64,000 nucleotides of DNA, taken from NCBI GenBank assembly GCA_963848135.1, contig CAWKCK010000018.1:510938-574937 (forward strand), given 5' to 3'. The notes under the pieces were generated by a model. That model did not search any database and had not been told where the DNA came from. It was given only the letters and a program-made list of their open reading frames with translations. A program made the translations under genes and the position numbers. This document shows, in pieces, positions 50,392 through 60,188 of the stretch. Source of the DNA: an uncultured delta proteobacterium (lineage in GTDB: Bacteria > Desulfobacterota > Desulfobacteria > Desulfobacterales > SG8-13). Every line of letters begins with the position of its first letter. The first letter of the stretch is position 1.

Positions 50392-51678
50392 TTACAGCGT
50401 GTTCTTGTATACCTTGCCGTCCTTCATGATCAGCTTGAAGTTGTTCTCGTAGTCCAGCATCAGCATGATGTCCTCGATCGGATTGCCGTCCACGATCAGC
50501 AGGTCGGCATAGGCGCCCGCTTCGACAACACCCAGCTTGGCACCGGGGTATGGGTGCTTCAGGTTCGACAGGGCGAGGAGCTCGCCGTTGGCGCTGGTGA
50601 CCTGCTTGAGCTGTTCCGCGTTCGAGTAGTACTCGGCACGGGTTTTGAACTCGAGATTGGTATTGTCGTAAGCCAAGCGCATGCCGAACATGTCGGTGCC
50701 CCAGGCGACCTTGGCGCCGTATTGCTTCGCCCATTTAAAGCAGTTGACTGATCCGTCCATTGCCTGGACCATCTTTGCACTCTGGATCGGATCGGCGAAC
50801 ACCGGGTTGCCGTCGTTGGCCTCCTTGGAGACGATGTACGACTGGGGAACGATCCAGGCGCCCTTGTCGACCAGCTTTTTCACGGTGTCCTCCTTGATCA
50901 GCAGGCCGTGCTCAATGGTCTTGACGCCGCAATCCAGGGCAACATTGATCCCCTCGTCGGTGTGAACATGGGCCGCGACGTAGGTCCCGTAGCGCGTGGC
51001 CTCGTCAACGGCCACCGCGACCTCTTCTGGCGTGTACTGGACGGAATAGAGCGGGTCGGTCAGGCTGGTGACGCCGCCGCCCGTGCAGATCTTGATCTGC
51101 GATACCTGCGAAGCCAATGCTTCACGGCAGGCCTTTTGCACCTCGGCGACACCATCGGCCAGGACGAAATACCCCAGATCCGTCAACCTGAAATGTTCGC
51201 CGACGAAGTACTTCGAATAGGCATTCGGGTTGCGCATATCCCCGTGGCCCGCAGTCTGGGCCAACCCCATGCCGCTGGAAAAAATCCTCGGTCCCGTGGC
51301 CATCCCTTCGTCAATGGCCTGTTTCAACCCGAGCGTCGGGCCGCCGACATCGCGTACCGTTGTGAAGCCACGCATTAGGTATCTTTCCGCTTCGTTGGTC
51401 ATTACCGCGCCGATGTAATCCCATCTGCGGATGTTCACCAGCTCCGCCGGAGGTCTGCACAGGGCCAGGTGAGTGTGTACGTCGCTGAGGCCCGGCATCA
51501 GCGTTCCCCCGCCGCCGTCGATCACGGCATCGTATGGCGCTTCGTTGCTGCCCGAGGCTACGAGTTCCTTGATTTTGTTGCCTTCCAGAACGACATCCTG
51601 GCCGGCAATCAACTTGTCGGACGTTCCATTGAAGATGCTGACATTCTTGATCAAGGTAGTTATTTCTTTTGCCGCCAT
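50392..51678 (-). CDS. Metal-dependent amidohydrolase (prolidase-like)
   Basis: PGLSDVHTH, GFTTVRD, IEHG, WGTD; start placed at MAAKE. Confidence 0.88.
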   Translation of the reverse strand: MAAKEITTLIKNVSIFNGTSDKLIAGQDVVLEGNKIKELVASGSNEAPYDAVIDGGGGTLMPGLSDVHTHLALCRPPAELVNIRRWDYIGAVMTNEAERYLMRGFTTVRDVGGPTLGLKQAIDEGMATGPRIFSSGMGLAQTAGHGDMRNPNAYSKYFVGEHFRLTDLGYFVLADGVAEVQKACREALASQVSQIKICTGGGVTSLTDPLYSVQYTPEEVAVAVDEATRYGTYVAAHVHTDEGINVALDCGVKTIEHGLLIKEDTVKKLVDKGAWIVPQSYIVSKEANDGNPVFADPIQSAKMVQAMDGSVNCFKWAKQYGAKVAWGTDMFGMRLAYDNTNLEFKTRAEYYSNAEQLKQVTSANGELLALSNLKHPYPGAKLGVVEAGAYADLLIVDGNPIEDIMLMLDYENNFKLIMKDGKVYKNTL

Positions 51679-51870
51679 TTTTCCTTCTCCTGTTTTGGTG
51701 TTGTGGTTTTTCGAGTGCCGTGGGGTTTTCCATGGCACCCATATATTTTCATGCTTATCGGTAAGTTAAGCTATTTATGCGGTTTTATATTGAAGGTATC
51801 CTTTGCAGACAGGCGGCACATCCCCCAAAAAGGATTAAAAATGGGTGAATTTTTCCCGATTGGCTTTAAT

Positions 51871-52182
51871 CTAAACCGGAAAGGCACGCTTGGGCGCATC
51901 GTCGTGCAGATTCGCGGCATCGGCCCCGGCAAGATGATTCACATCGGGTAGCCCCGAGATAACCGATCGCATGCGCTCCACCCGTTTGCGGCCGATATTT
52001 GTTTCGCCCAACAGGATATAGGAGACAATACCCAGCACCGGAAGGGCCAGGATCACAATGATCCAGGCAACCCGGGAGGATGCCGCCCTGTTTGGTCTCA
52101 GCAGCACCCTGATAATCTCCAGGATGTAAACGGATAGAGAAAATATCGAGAATAGTCCGGCGAGTGATAGATGTTGATCCAT
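51871..52182 (-). pseudogene. Truncated cardiolipin synthase (N-terminal PLDc_N region only)
   Basis: SSRVAWIIVILALPVLGIVSYILLGE; no HKD domain follows. Confidence 0.7.
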
Positions 52183-52195
52183 CAGTGCGCTCTTA

Positions 52196-53257
52196 TTATA
52201 GATTGATAATGGGTTTATTTATGACTAATTCGGGTGCGATTTTGCGTGCTAACCTGAGGATTGGCGATTCTGAATCATCCCCTTTTCCAATACAGGCATC
52301 AAAATTTTGTTGTAAATCCTTTTCATTTATTCCGTCTTTACTACCAATAAGCACAATTTCAGATCTGGGTTCCTTCCCATCCCATAGACCACCCTGCATA
52401 ATGACGAGTCGTTTTCCAACCATCTGGATGATGTAGCGGTACATGGTGAGCTCTTCAATATAGATGAACCCTTTACATCGATAAATTGAATCAGGTAGCA
52501 TATCAAGCGCAGCGCGTAACTTGTATAGCGACAAGGCTCTGGTGCTTTTCCAATTCCAGCTTGTAAAAATGTGATCGGAAGTTGAATGGTGGTGGCCCTT
52601 AGTTTGACTATTAACGTTGCTGGATGCGCCAGTTGTTCGGAAGTTATCTCCAAAAACCAAATTAAAGGGGACCCTTCCATGTTTTACTTCAATGATCCTG
52701 GATGTTGGACTTACCTGATGAACGAGTCTATTTACCTCATCCAGTTGTTCCTGATCTACAAGGTCAATTTTATTGACTACAACTATATCGGCATATTCAA
52801 TCTGGCTTTTTGCTAAAGTGAGAACCTCCCCTTCCAATTCCGGGAGTTTTTCGGCATCTACCACCGAAAGCACAGTGTTCACTGAAAAGAATGATAATAA
52901 ATCAGGTTCATAAAATGTTTCTATTACCGGTTCCGGATCAGAAATCCCGCTCATTTCTATGAGTAAATGATCGAGGCCGGACTCACTCTTTAATAAACCA
53001 TAACAAGCTTCTATTAGGTCTCCCCTAATGCTACAGCAAATACAGCCATTTGACATTTCAACTCTTTCACCTTCTACACCAACTACCAGCTTGGCATCGA
53101 TGTTGATGGCTCCAAAATCATTCACCAAAACCGCTGCCTTCACCCCATGATCTTCGGTAAGTACATGGTTGAGCAAAGTGGTTTTTCCAGCACCGAGAAA
53201 CCCGCCAATGATAGTGACCGGTATCGGTGCTGGAAAATTACTTTTGTTATTGTTCAT
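52196..53257 (-). CDS. COG0523/CobW-family metallochaperone GTPase
   Basis: GFLGAGKTT, NDFG, GCICC, EMSG, NKID, RCKG. Confidence 0.92.
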   Translation of the reverse strand: MNNNKSNFPAPIPVTIIGGFLGAGKTTLLNHVLTEDHGVKAAVLVNDFGAINIDAKLVVGVEGERVEMSNGCICCSIRGDLIEACYGLLKSESGLDHLLIEMSGISDPEPVIETFYEPDLLSFFSVNTVLSVVDAEKLPELEGEVLTLAKSQIEYADIVVVNKIDLVDQEQLDEVNRLVHQVSPTSRIIEVKHGRVPFNLVFGDNFRTTGASSNVNSQTKGHHHSTSDHIFTSWNWKSTRALSLYKLRAALDMLPDSIYRCKGFIYIEELTMYRYIIQMVGKRLVIMQGGLWDGKEPRSEIVLIGSKDGINEKDLQQNFDACIGKGDDSESPILRLARKIAPELVINKPIINL

Positions 53258-54768
53258 TAAGATTCCTTTTGCGAACCATAAATTGGTTGTCCGGCAAACA
53301 CATCTAATACTTCGGAGTCTTTTACGACTACTTTGCCGTTTACCACAACGTAAGGAATACCCGTTGAAGGAAGTCCACCATCCTTCATGGTAGAATTATC
53401 TGTGACTGTATTGGGGTCGAACAGGGTGATGTCTGCATCCTTTCCTTCCTGAATACGTCCCTTATTGGTCATTTGAGGTGCGCCATTGTCTCCTAAAAAC
53501 TTAGCGATCATATAGGTCATTTTCGATATGGCCGACATCAAAGGGATATCAATTTTTTTGTCCCTGGACAGTGCCAGCAATCTGGCATGTGCACCGGCAC
53601 CACGAGGATGTCCATTTACAGTAGCCGGATCAACATCAAAATCCAAGGCTGTTTTACCCGTTTCACGAATGGTAAACGGAAATGCATCGCTGCCGAGTAC
53701 AGTATTCGGATTGGCCAATCCATTGTAAACCGTTTCTTCTGTTGCATTGTAGAACATGATAGAAGTCGCAGGATTGGTTTTCATCAGTTCTTCATACTTT
53801 TCTTTTGTTAATGGTTTCATGTCAGAAGTTACGATAATATCACTGTAATCGCGCCCCATGTTTGGTCCATAATTATCCGGCTTCAAGTAGTCGGCACCGA
53901 CAATGGAGCCACCAAAATTATATGGATATATTTCTGCGAGAACAGGTATTCCCTTCGCCTGGGCGGCATCCACCAAGGCCAAAGCAGCAGGTGTATCGTT
54001 CAATGCCTGTGCCGTCATATGCTGAAGCACGAGGCCGCCACCATACACCTCCTGTGGGGCCATCATTTCCAGGAAACCCAGGATACCACTGGCCGGAGGC
54101 ATTTGACTGGAATAACGGCCATGAAGGAATACAGCCTGTCCATATTTTCCGGCTAATTTTTGTGCAATTAGAGATTCTGATTGCGAACAACCCCCAACCA
54201 TATAACCCACTGCATGTCCTACACCGATAGCACCATCCTTAATACCTTGCTCTAAATACTCCTCAAACTTCTTGATTTGTTCAGTGCTAGATACAACAGT
54301 ACTCCATTGCATGCTGACATGAGTTTGTTTGGGAGCCCCGATCAGATCATACACAAAATCACCTGCAAATTTTGTTTGATAAGCAGGATTAAAGACATGT
54401 TCGCGAACACCAAGTGTTCCTGATGATGCTCCGTAATTGGCCCTGCATTTTCCTTCAAGTTTATCGTACCATTGCTTTACAGGGTATACTCCGGCTTCGA
54501 GTTCCATGGGCGTTGTGCAGCCATCACGCAAAAGCAGTTTCTCTCCAAAAGGCACACCGGTATTGTGGCTGTGCATATCGATAAAGCCAGGAGCAACAAC
54601 AAGTCCCTTTGCATCGATCATCTCTTTCCCCTGGATGGGATCCTGCGTGATGATGTCGATCTTGCCGCCCGTGATACCGACATTGCGAACGGCGTCCAAA
54701 TCGGTTTCCGGATCCATAACCCGACCGCCGATGATTACCAGGTCGTATGATTCGTTTTGATTTGTCAT
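53257..54768 (-). CDS. N-acyl-D-amino-acid deacylase-like amidohydrolase
   Basis: GGRVMDPE, PGFIDMHSH, GSDA, HPRGAG, DADITLFDP. Confidence 0.85.
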   Translation of the reverse strand: MTNQNESYDLVIIGGRVMDPETDLDAVRNVGITGGKIDIITQDPIQGKEMIDAKGLVVAPGFIDMHSHNTGVPFGEKLLLRDGCTTPMELEAGVYPVKQWYDKLEGKCRANYGASSGTLGVREHVFNPAYQTKFAGDFVYDLIGAPKQTHVSMQWSTVVSSTEQIKKFEEYLEQGIKDGAIGVGHAVGYMVGGCSQSESLIAQKLAGKYGQAVFLHGRYSSQMPPASGILGFLEMMAPQEVYGGGLVLQHMTAQALNDTPAALALVDAAQAKGIPVLAEIYPYNFGGSIVGADYLKPDNYGPNMGRDYSDIIVTSDMKPLTKEKYEELMKTNPATSIMFYNATEETVYNGLANPNTVLGSDAFPFTIRETGKTALDFDVDPATVNGHPRGAGAHARLLALSRDKKIDIPLMSAISKMTYMIAKFLGDNGAPQMTNKGRIQEGKDADITLFDPNTVTDNSTMKDGGLPSTGIPYVVVNGKVVVKDSEVLDVFAGQPIYGSQKES

Positions 54769-54880
54769 TGGAAATCTCCTTCGTTTGATGAAAGGTTCAA
54801 CGTTCAGCGGTTCAATGGTCCAGGGCTTGCCCGCCTCAGGCGGGTTCAGGGTTTAAGAAAAAGTTTCTATCCGTCAACCC

Positions 54881-55124
54881 TGATGAACTCGTAAAAAGTC
54901 GCATTTCAGACGGTTTTTTAAAAAGCCCGAGATCAAGGCTTGCGGGCCGCGATAGCGAGTATAAGCGAGCGAACAGCAAATCGATCATCATCATTACGGC
55001 GAACATTTATGTTCCATCCCGAGAATACCGCTATCGCGGGTGCCGTAGGCAGCGTACTTATCGTACTCCGCAGTGACGAAGGATGAAGCGTAACGAAGAT
55101 ATCGGACTTTTTACGAAGCCGTCA
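54881..55124. mobile_element. MITE-like element containing a nested IR element
   Basis: IR TGATGAACTCGTAAAAAGTC / GACTTTTTACGAAGCCGTCA flanked by ACCC; inner IR CCGCGATAGCG at 54947 and 55039. Confidence 0.75.
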
Positions 55125-55169
55125 ACCCTGAACGGGGAACTTTGAACCGGTAACCTCCGATTATCACCA

Positions 55170-55805
55170 TCACGCTGTCTTCGTCTGCGTGGTCAACCAT
55201 TCGGGAACGGATAGCTGCCAGTGGATAGCGGCCGCGCGAATTCCGAAAATGAACAGGCAGCATCCTACTGCACTGATGAACCGATATTCCGGAAGGATGT
55301 ACAGCAGAACAACATAAAGGGTGCATCCGAGCATTACCGGGGTGGCATAGAGTTCGCGTGACATCAGAAGGGTCTGGCGTCCTGCCAGCACATCGCGGAT
55401 GAGGCCGCCGCCGATCGCCGTAACGATGCCCAGGATAATCGGGGCAAGCGGCAGCCCGAATTCCAGTCCCCAGACCTTGTCCACCGCCTGAATCCCAAAC
55501 ATCGCCACGCCAAAACCATCGACATACAGCATCAGGCTGTAGATCTCTTTGCGGGTGAATAACGAATGGGCTGAAAATGCTGCTATACTTGCCCCCAGCG
55601 CGACCCATATGTAATTCAGATCGGTTGACCAGAAAACCGGTACATCCAGGATCAGGTCTCTGACGGTACCACCGCCAATCGCCGTAATGATGCCCATCAC
55701 GCAGGCACCGAACAGGTCAATGCCCCGAGGTGCCAAGGCAAGTACTGCCGTGACCGCGAAGGCCACGGTTCCGGCCATACCGATCCAATAACTCAAGGTT
55801 TCCAT
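55170..55805 (-). CDS. TRIC/YadS (UPF0126) membrane protein
   Basis: TAIGGG..RD occurs twice. Confidence 0.88.
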   Translation of the reverse strand: METLSYWIGMAGTVAFAVTAVLALAPRGIDLFGACVMGIITAIGGGTVRDLILDVPVFWSTDLNYIWVALGASIAAFSAHSLFTRKEIYSLMLYVDGFGVAMFGIQAVDKVWGLEFGLPLAPIILGIVTAIGGGLIRDVLAGRQTLLMSRELYATPVMLGCTLYVVLLYILPEYRFISAVGCCLFIFGIRAAAIHWQLSVPEWLTTQTKTA

Positions 55806-55807
55806 AT

Positions 55808-56860
55808 TTAGTTTCCTCCACGGGTATCCGTTGCGAGTAGGCGGGTCAGACGGAGTATCGGCGATTGCGATTCGTCACCAGTGCCGATGCAGCCGTCAAA
55901 AATACGCTGCAATGTGTCATTGTCTATTCCAGCCTGCGAAGCAATCATGACGATTTCTGACCGTGGCGGCAGCGCCCCCCATGGTTCGGTGTCGCCGATG
56001 TTGTAGCGTTTGCCCACCATCTGCAGAACAACCTGGTGCGAGGGCAATTCTTCGAGATATACGATACCCTTCGCCCGATAGATGGTATCCGGCAGCGCTT
56101 CAATGGCTGACCGCAGCTTAGGAAGTGACAGGGGCATGGTCGCTTGTCCAGTGCCAGGTGGCAAACGGGTGGCTCGTTCAGGTGACCGATATGATCGTGC
56201 GGAGCATCCTCAGGCCGACCACTGGCCACGTGAATCCCGCTGCCCATACATGAGATTGAGCGGCACGTGCCCGTGCGTGGCTTCGAGAATCCGCAGCCTT
56301 GGGGCCACATCGCGGATCTGCGCCTTCACCGTTGCCAACTCTTGGCTATCGACCAGGTCCACCTTGTTCAGCACCACCATATCGGCGTCCCGAACCTGCA
56401 TGCGCGCCAGGGGCGCCATTTCACCCCGCATGAGTCCGGGGAACTGCTCCGCATCAACCACTGTGATGACGTTATCAAGCGCCATGATGTGCTCGATTTC
56501 CGGCTGCATGAAGGTATTGGCCACCTGAAAAGGCTCGGAAACGCCGCTCGTTTCGACGATCAACAGCTCCGGCGGGTTATCACGCTGCACCAGCGCCATA
56601 CAGGCCGGAATCAGGTCATCGCGAATGCTGCAGCACACGCATCCGTTGGCGAGACTGACCGTGTCGCCATCAACGCCGACCACCAGCTTGGCATCGATGT
56701 TGATGGCGCCGAAATCGTTGACCAGCACACCGGCCCGCACGCCATGATTTTCGCTCAGGATGTAATTGAGCAGCGTGGTCTTGCCGGCACCCAAAAAACC
56801 GCCGATAACGATAACGGGGATCGGTTTCCTGCTTCTGATTTGGTTGTCTGTCTTCTTCAT
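55808..56860 (-). CDS. Second COG0523 GTPase, with about three +1 insertions between 56130 and 56245
   Basis: GFLGAGKTT, GCVCC; C-terminal YRAKG..GDESQSPILRL matches the 52196 paralog. Confidence 0.8.
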
Positions 56861-57134
56861 GGGAATCACTATGTCACGTCAACCACCTCGGCTAAAGCAG
56901 AAGGCTTAAGGGCTTCAAGGATCCAAGGGCGGTCGAAGCGGTGCCATAGTGTACAGGTTGCTCATCTCCCTGCTCTGGGCACATGGAACAACATACTACT
57001 TGCACGATACGCTCAGCGATCTGGTGGCTGTATCACTCGAATCCTTGAATCCCTTTAACCGCACATTGTTAAGACTAGAGGTTTTAACGTCTCCAAAAGA
57101 TTTGGGATTTTCTCCAATGTCCCCAAATGGGACA

Positions 57135-58615
57135 TTAACCATTCCCACCCTTAATGGCGCGGTCCCGGATAGACTTTCAGCACCTCTGAGTCCTTCACAA
57201 CGATGGTCCCATTGACAATCACATAGAGGAATACCTGTTGAAGGCAACGCAAATTTTCCTGTTTCAGCTACTGCATTGTCCGTAACGGTATCCGGATTGA
57301 AAATGGTAATATCTGCATTGGCTCCGGGTTTCAGTCTTCCCAACTGCTTCATGGCCGGCACAAAGTCTTCAAGCCACTTTGCGGTTAGATAGGTCATCTT
57401 TGAGATGGCGGTCATGAGTGGCATATAGTTTCTTTCACGAACCAGGCGTAAGGTCTTCGCGAAAGTCCCGGCACCGCGCGGATGGGCAACACCTGTTTCC
57501 GGTGCAGCGTCCCATTCAAGAGTCTTTCCGTTCACATCGGCAAACCCCATCGCATCTGAACCAACAATGACGCCTTCGTGCTGCATGGCGGCATCCACAT
57601 CCTCCATCCGCATATGGTGCATCATCATAAATCCACCCGGATCTTCTTTTCGGTACTTGGCCAGGAGTTCTTTGGTCATTCTCTCACCGGTCTTGATGTA
57701 CAGGATATCCGAGTAATCCATCAGCAAGGTTTCCTGAAATCCTTCACCTAAATAGTCGGCCCCGATAACCGAGGATCCAAAATCATAAGGATAGGCTTCG
57801 GCGAATACGTTCAGCCCCCTCTTTTGTGCAGCATCTACAAGCCCAAGTGCCTCTTTGGTGCGGTGCAGGGAAGTACTGTGAATATGTTGAATAAGAAGGG
57901 GCACATCATAGGCATAGGAAAGTGCGATGACTTCCAAAATCCCCATGATACCGCTGGGCTGTATATTTGACATATACCGCACATGGGTGGCAATAAAGGT
58001 GTTGTAACGTTTTGCCAAAGCAAATACGGCTTCCAACTCAGCACTGGTGCATTTATTGTAATATCCAACAGGAACACCTATTCCACATGCACCATCTTTC
58101 AGACCCTCTTCGATATTGGCCATGATTTTTTCAATGTCCTTTGGATCATCCGTGTTTTTTTCGTGCCACTGGGACCCGTCGGCCACACAGGCATTCATTG
58201 CTCCGGTATACATACCAAGGCCCTTAGGGTCTATACCGTCTAGTGCAGCCATACGTGCCCAAACATGCCCTATGGATACTGCATGGTTGGCCTGGGCCTT
58301 GCCCTCTCTTTCCTTGTAAAAAATATCCACAGGATAGGCTCCCGCCTCAATCTCCAGCGGAGAAGTTACGCCGTCACGCAATTTTGTCTTAATATCGAAG
58401 GGACTCTGTCCATGGCAATGGAGGTCGATAAATCCCGGTGCCACCACATGACCGGCAGCGTCTATCGTCTCCTTGCCCTGAATAGGCTGCTCGGTGATGA
58501 TGTCAATTTTGCCGCCCTTGACGCCGACATTGCGAACGGCGTCCAGGCCGCTTTCGGGATCCATGACCCTGCCATTTAAAATCACTAGATCGTGTTGTTC
58601 GTTCTTGTTTGTCAT
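57135..58615 (-). CDS. N-acyl-D-amino-acid deacylase-like amidohydrolase, C-terminal frameshifts
   Basis: PGFIDLHCH, HPRGAG; alternative frame gives YVIVNGTIVVKDSEVLKVYPG. Confidence 0.82.
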
Positions 58616-58739
58616 TGTTTGGTATCCTTTTATTTTTTTTGAGGTTAAAAGTTCAACGTTCTGTCGGTTCACCGGTGAGTTGAATGTTTCGTTTTTCATT
58701 CTTCAACCTTTGAACTCTGAACCGGGAACCCAGAACCCC

Positions 58740-60167
58740 TTACAGCGTGTTCTTGTAAACCTTCCCGTCCTTCATGATGAGCTTCAGGTTGTTTTCAGCG
58801 TCTTCGATAATCGATACATCCTCCATGAAGTTTTTGCTCAAGACGATGATGTCGGCCATGGCCCCCTCCTCGATGACACCCACCTTTCCATAAGGGTTTC
58901 GTTTGCCGGTCAAATTCCACAGCGCTTCACCGCCGTTGCCGGTGGCCTGGATCATGATCTCAGGATCTGTGAACCACTTCTTTCTGACCGTGAGTTCCTT
59001 GGCTTGAACAGCCCGTGCTTCATCCGAGAAGATCATGTCCGTCCCGAACAACACTTTGGTTTTGTATTTCTTGGCCAGTTTCATTGCGGTATCGGTGGCG
59101 TCCAATGCTTGCTTGGCTTTGCCCGCCATCAGCTTATCGGGACTATCCAGCAACGACACGGCAACCTCGACCGTCGGGGTAAAGTATGCACCCTTTTCTA
59201 CCAGCATTTTCATACCTTCATCGTCGATGAGCATCCCGTGCTCGATCGTCTTGACGCCCGCCTTGAGGGAGCGGATGATGGACCGTGGATTGAAACAATG
59301 CACTTGCACGTATGTACCAAAATCCTCACAGGCTTCAACGGCCGCTTCGATTTCTTTCTGTGTAAATTCGCTTACATAGAGCGGGTCTGCAACCCCGGAT
59401 ACCGATCCGCTGGTGAGCAGCTTGATCTGGGTCGCCCCCTGGTAGAGGTTGTGTCGGGTGGCAATTCTCACTTCATCGGCCGTGTTGCACAGGTAAGCCG
59501 CGCCAATCTGCTCGATCGGATCCAACGGACCGCCCCACTGTTTAATAGGGTAGTTCTGGTTCCGAAAATCAGCGTGCCCGGAGTAAATACCGATCGCTGC
59601 CTGCGAGGGATACATGCGCGGGCCAGGTATCAAACCCTGATCAATGGCTTTTTGCACACCGACAACATTTCCCGCGGCGTCGCGACAGGTGGTGAAACCG
59701 CGCATGAGATAAGCCTCGGCATCCCTGGCAATCAAGCCCTGATCAATGGCTTTTTGAACACCGACAACATTTCCCGCGGCATCACGACAGGTGGTGAAAC
59801 CGCGCATGAGATAAGCCTCGGCATCCCTGGCAATCAAGAAAGAGGCATATTGGACCGGTATGGCTGCCAGGTCTTCAAAAAATACGAAAAAGGCCATGTG
59901 CCAGTGCATGTCGATCAGGCCCGGGCTCAGGTAGCCGCCCTTGCCGTCGATTATCTTGTCATACGCTTTTTCCTCGCCACCGGCAGGTACGAATTTGTAA
60001 ATTTTGTTGCCAGCCAAAACAACGTCCTTACCGGTAATTAACGTTTCAGAAGTTCCGTTGAAGATGCTGACGTTTTTGATCAGCGTCTGGTGCTCGGGAT
60101 GGGGCGCCGAGTGAGGCCCCCTGATTTCTGCGCTTCCTGTTTCTTTTTTCTCGTCACTTAAACACAT
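58740..60167 (-). CDS. Metal-dependent amidohydrolase (prolidase-like) with a 34-aa tandem duplication
   Basis: PGLIDMHWH, IEHG, FGTD. Confidence 0.85.
   Translation of the reverse strand: MCLSDEKKETGSAEIRGPHSAPHPEHQTLIKNVSIFNGTSETLITGKDVVLAGNKIYKFVPAGGEEKAYDKIIDGKGGYLSPGLIDMHWHMAFFVFFEDLAAIPVQYASFLIARDAEAYLMRGFTTCRDAAGNVVGVQKAIDQGLIARDAEAYLMRGFTTCRDAAGNVVGVQKAIDQGLIPGPRMYPSQAAIGIYSGHADFRNQNYPIKQWGGPLDPIEQIGAAYLCNTADEVRIATRHNLYQGATQIKLLTSGSVSGVADPLYVSEFTQKEIEAAVEACEDFGTYVQVHCFNPRSIIRSLKAGVKTIEHGMLIDDEGMKMLVEKGAYFTPTVEVAVSLLDSPDKLMAGKAKQALDATDTAMKLAKKYKTKVLFGTDMIFSDEARAVQAKELTVRKKWFTDPEIMIQATGNGGEALWNLTGKRNPYGKVGVIEEGAMADIIVLSKNFMEDVSIIEDAENNLKLIMKDGKVYKNTL
59635..59838. repeat. 102-bp in-frame tandem duplication
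   Basis: Two copies differing at three positions. Confidence 0.92.
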
Positions 60168-60188
60168 GATTTTTTCTCCTTTTCCATT

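Noticed and set aside
58494..60041. 515-aa plus-strand ORF
   Set aside because: Antisense shadow of the amidohydrolase gene; no recognisable motifs.
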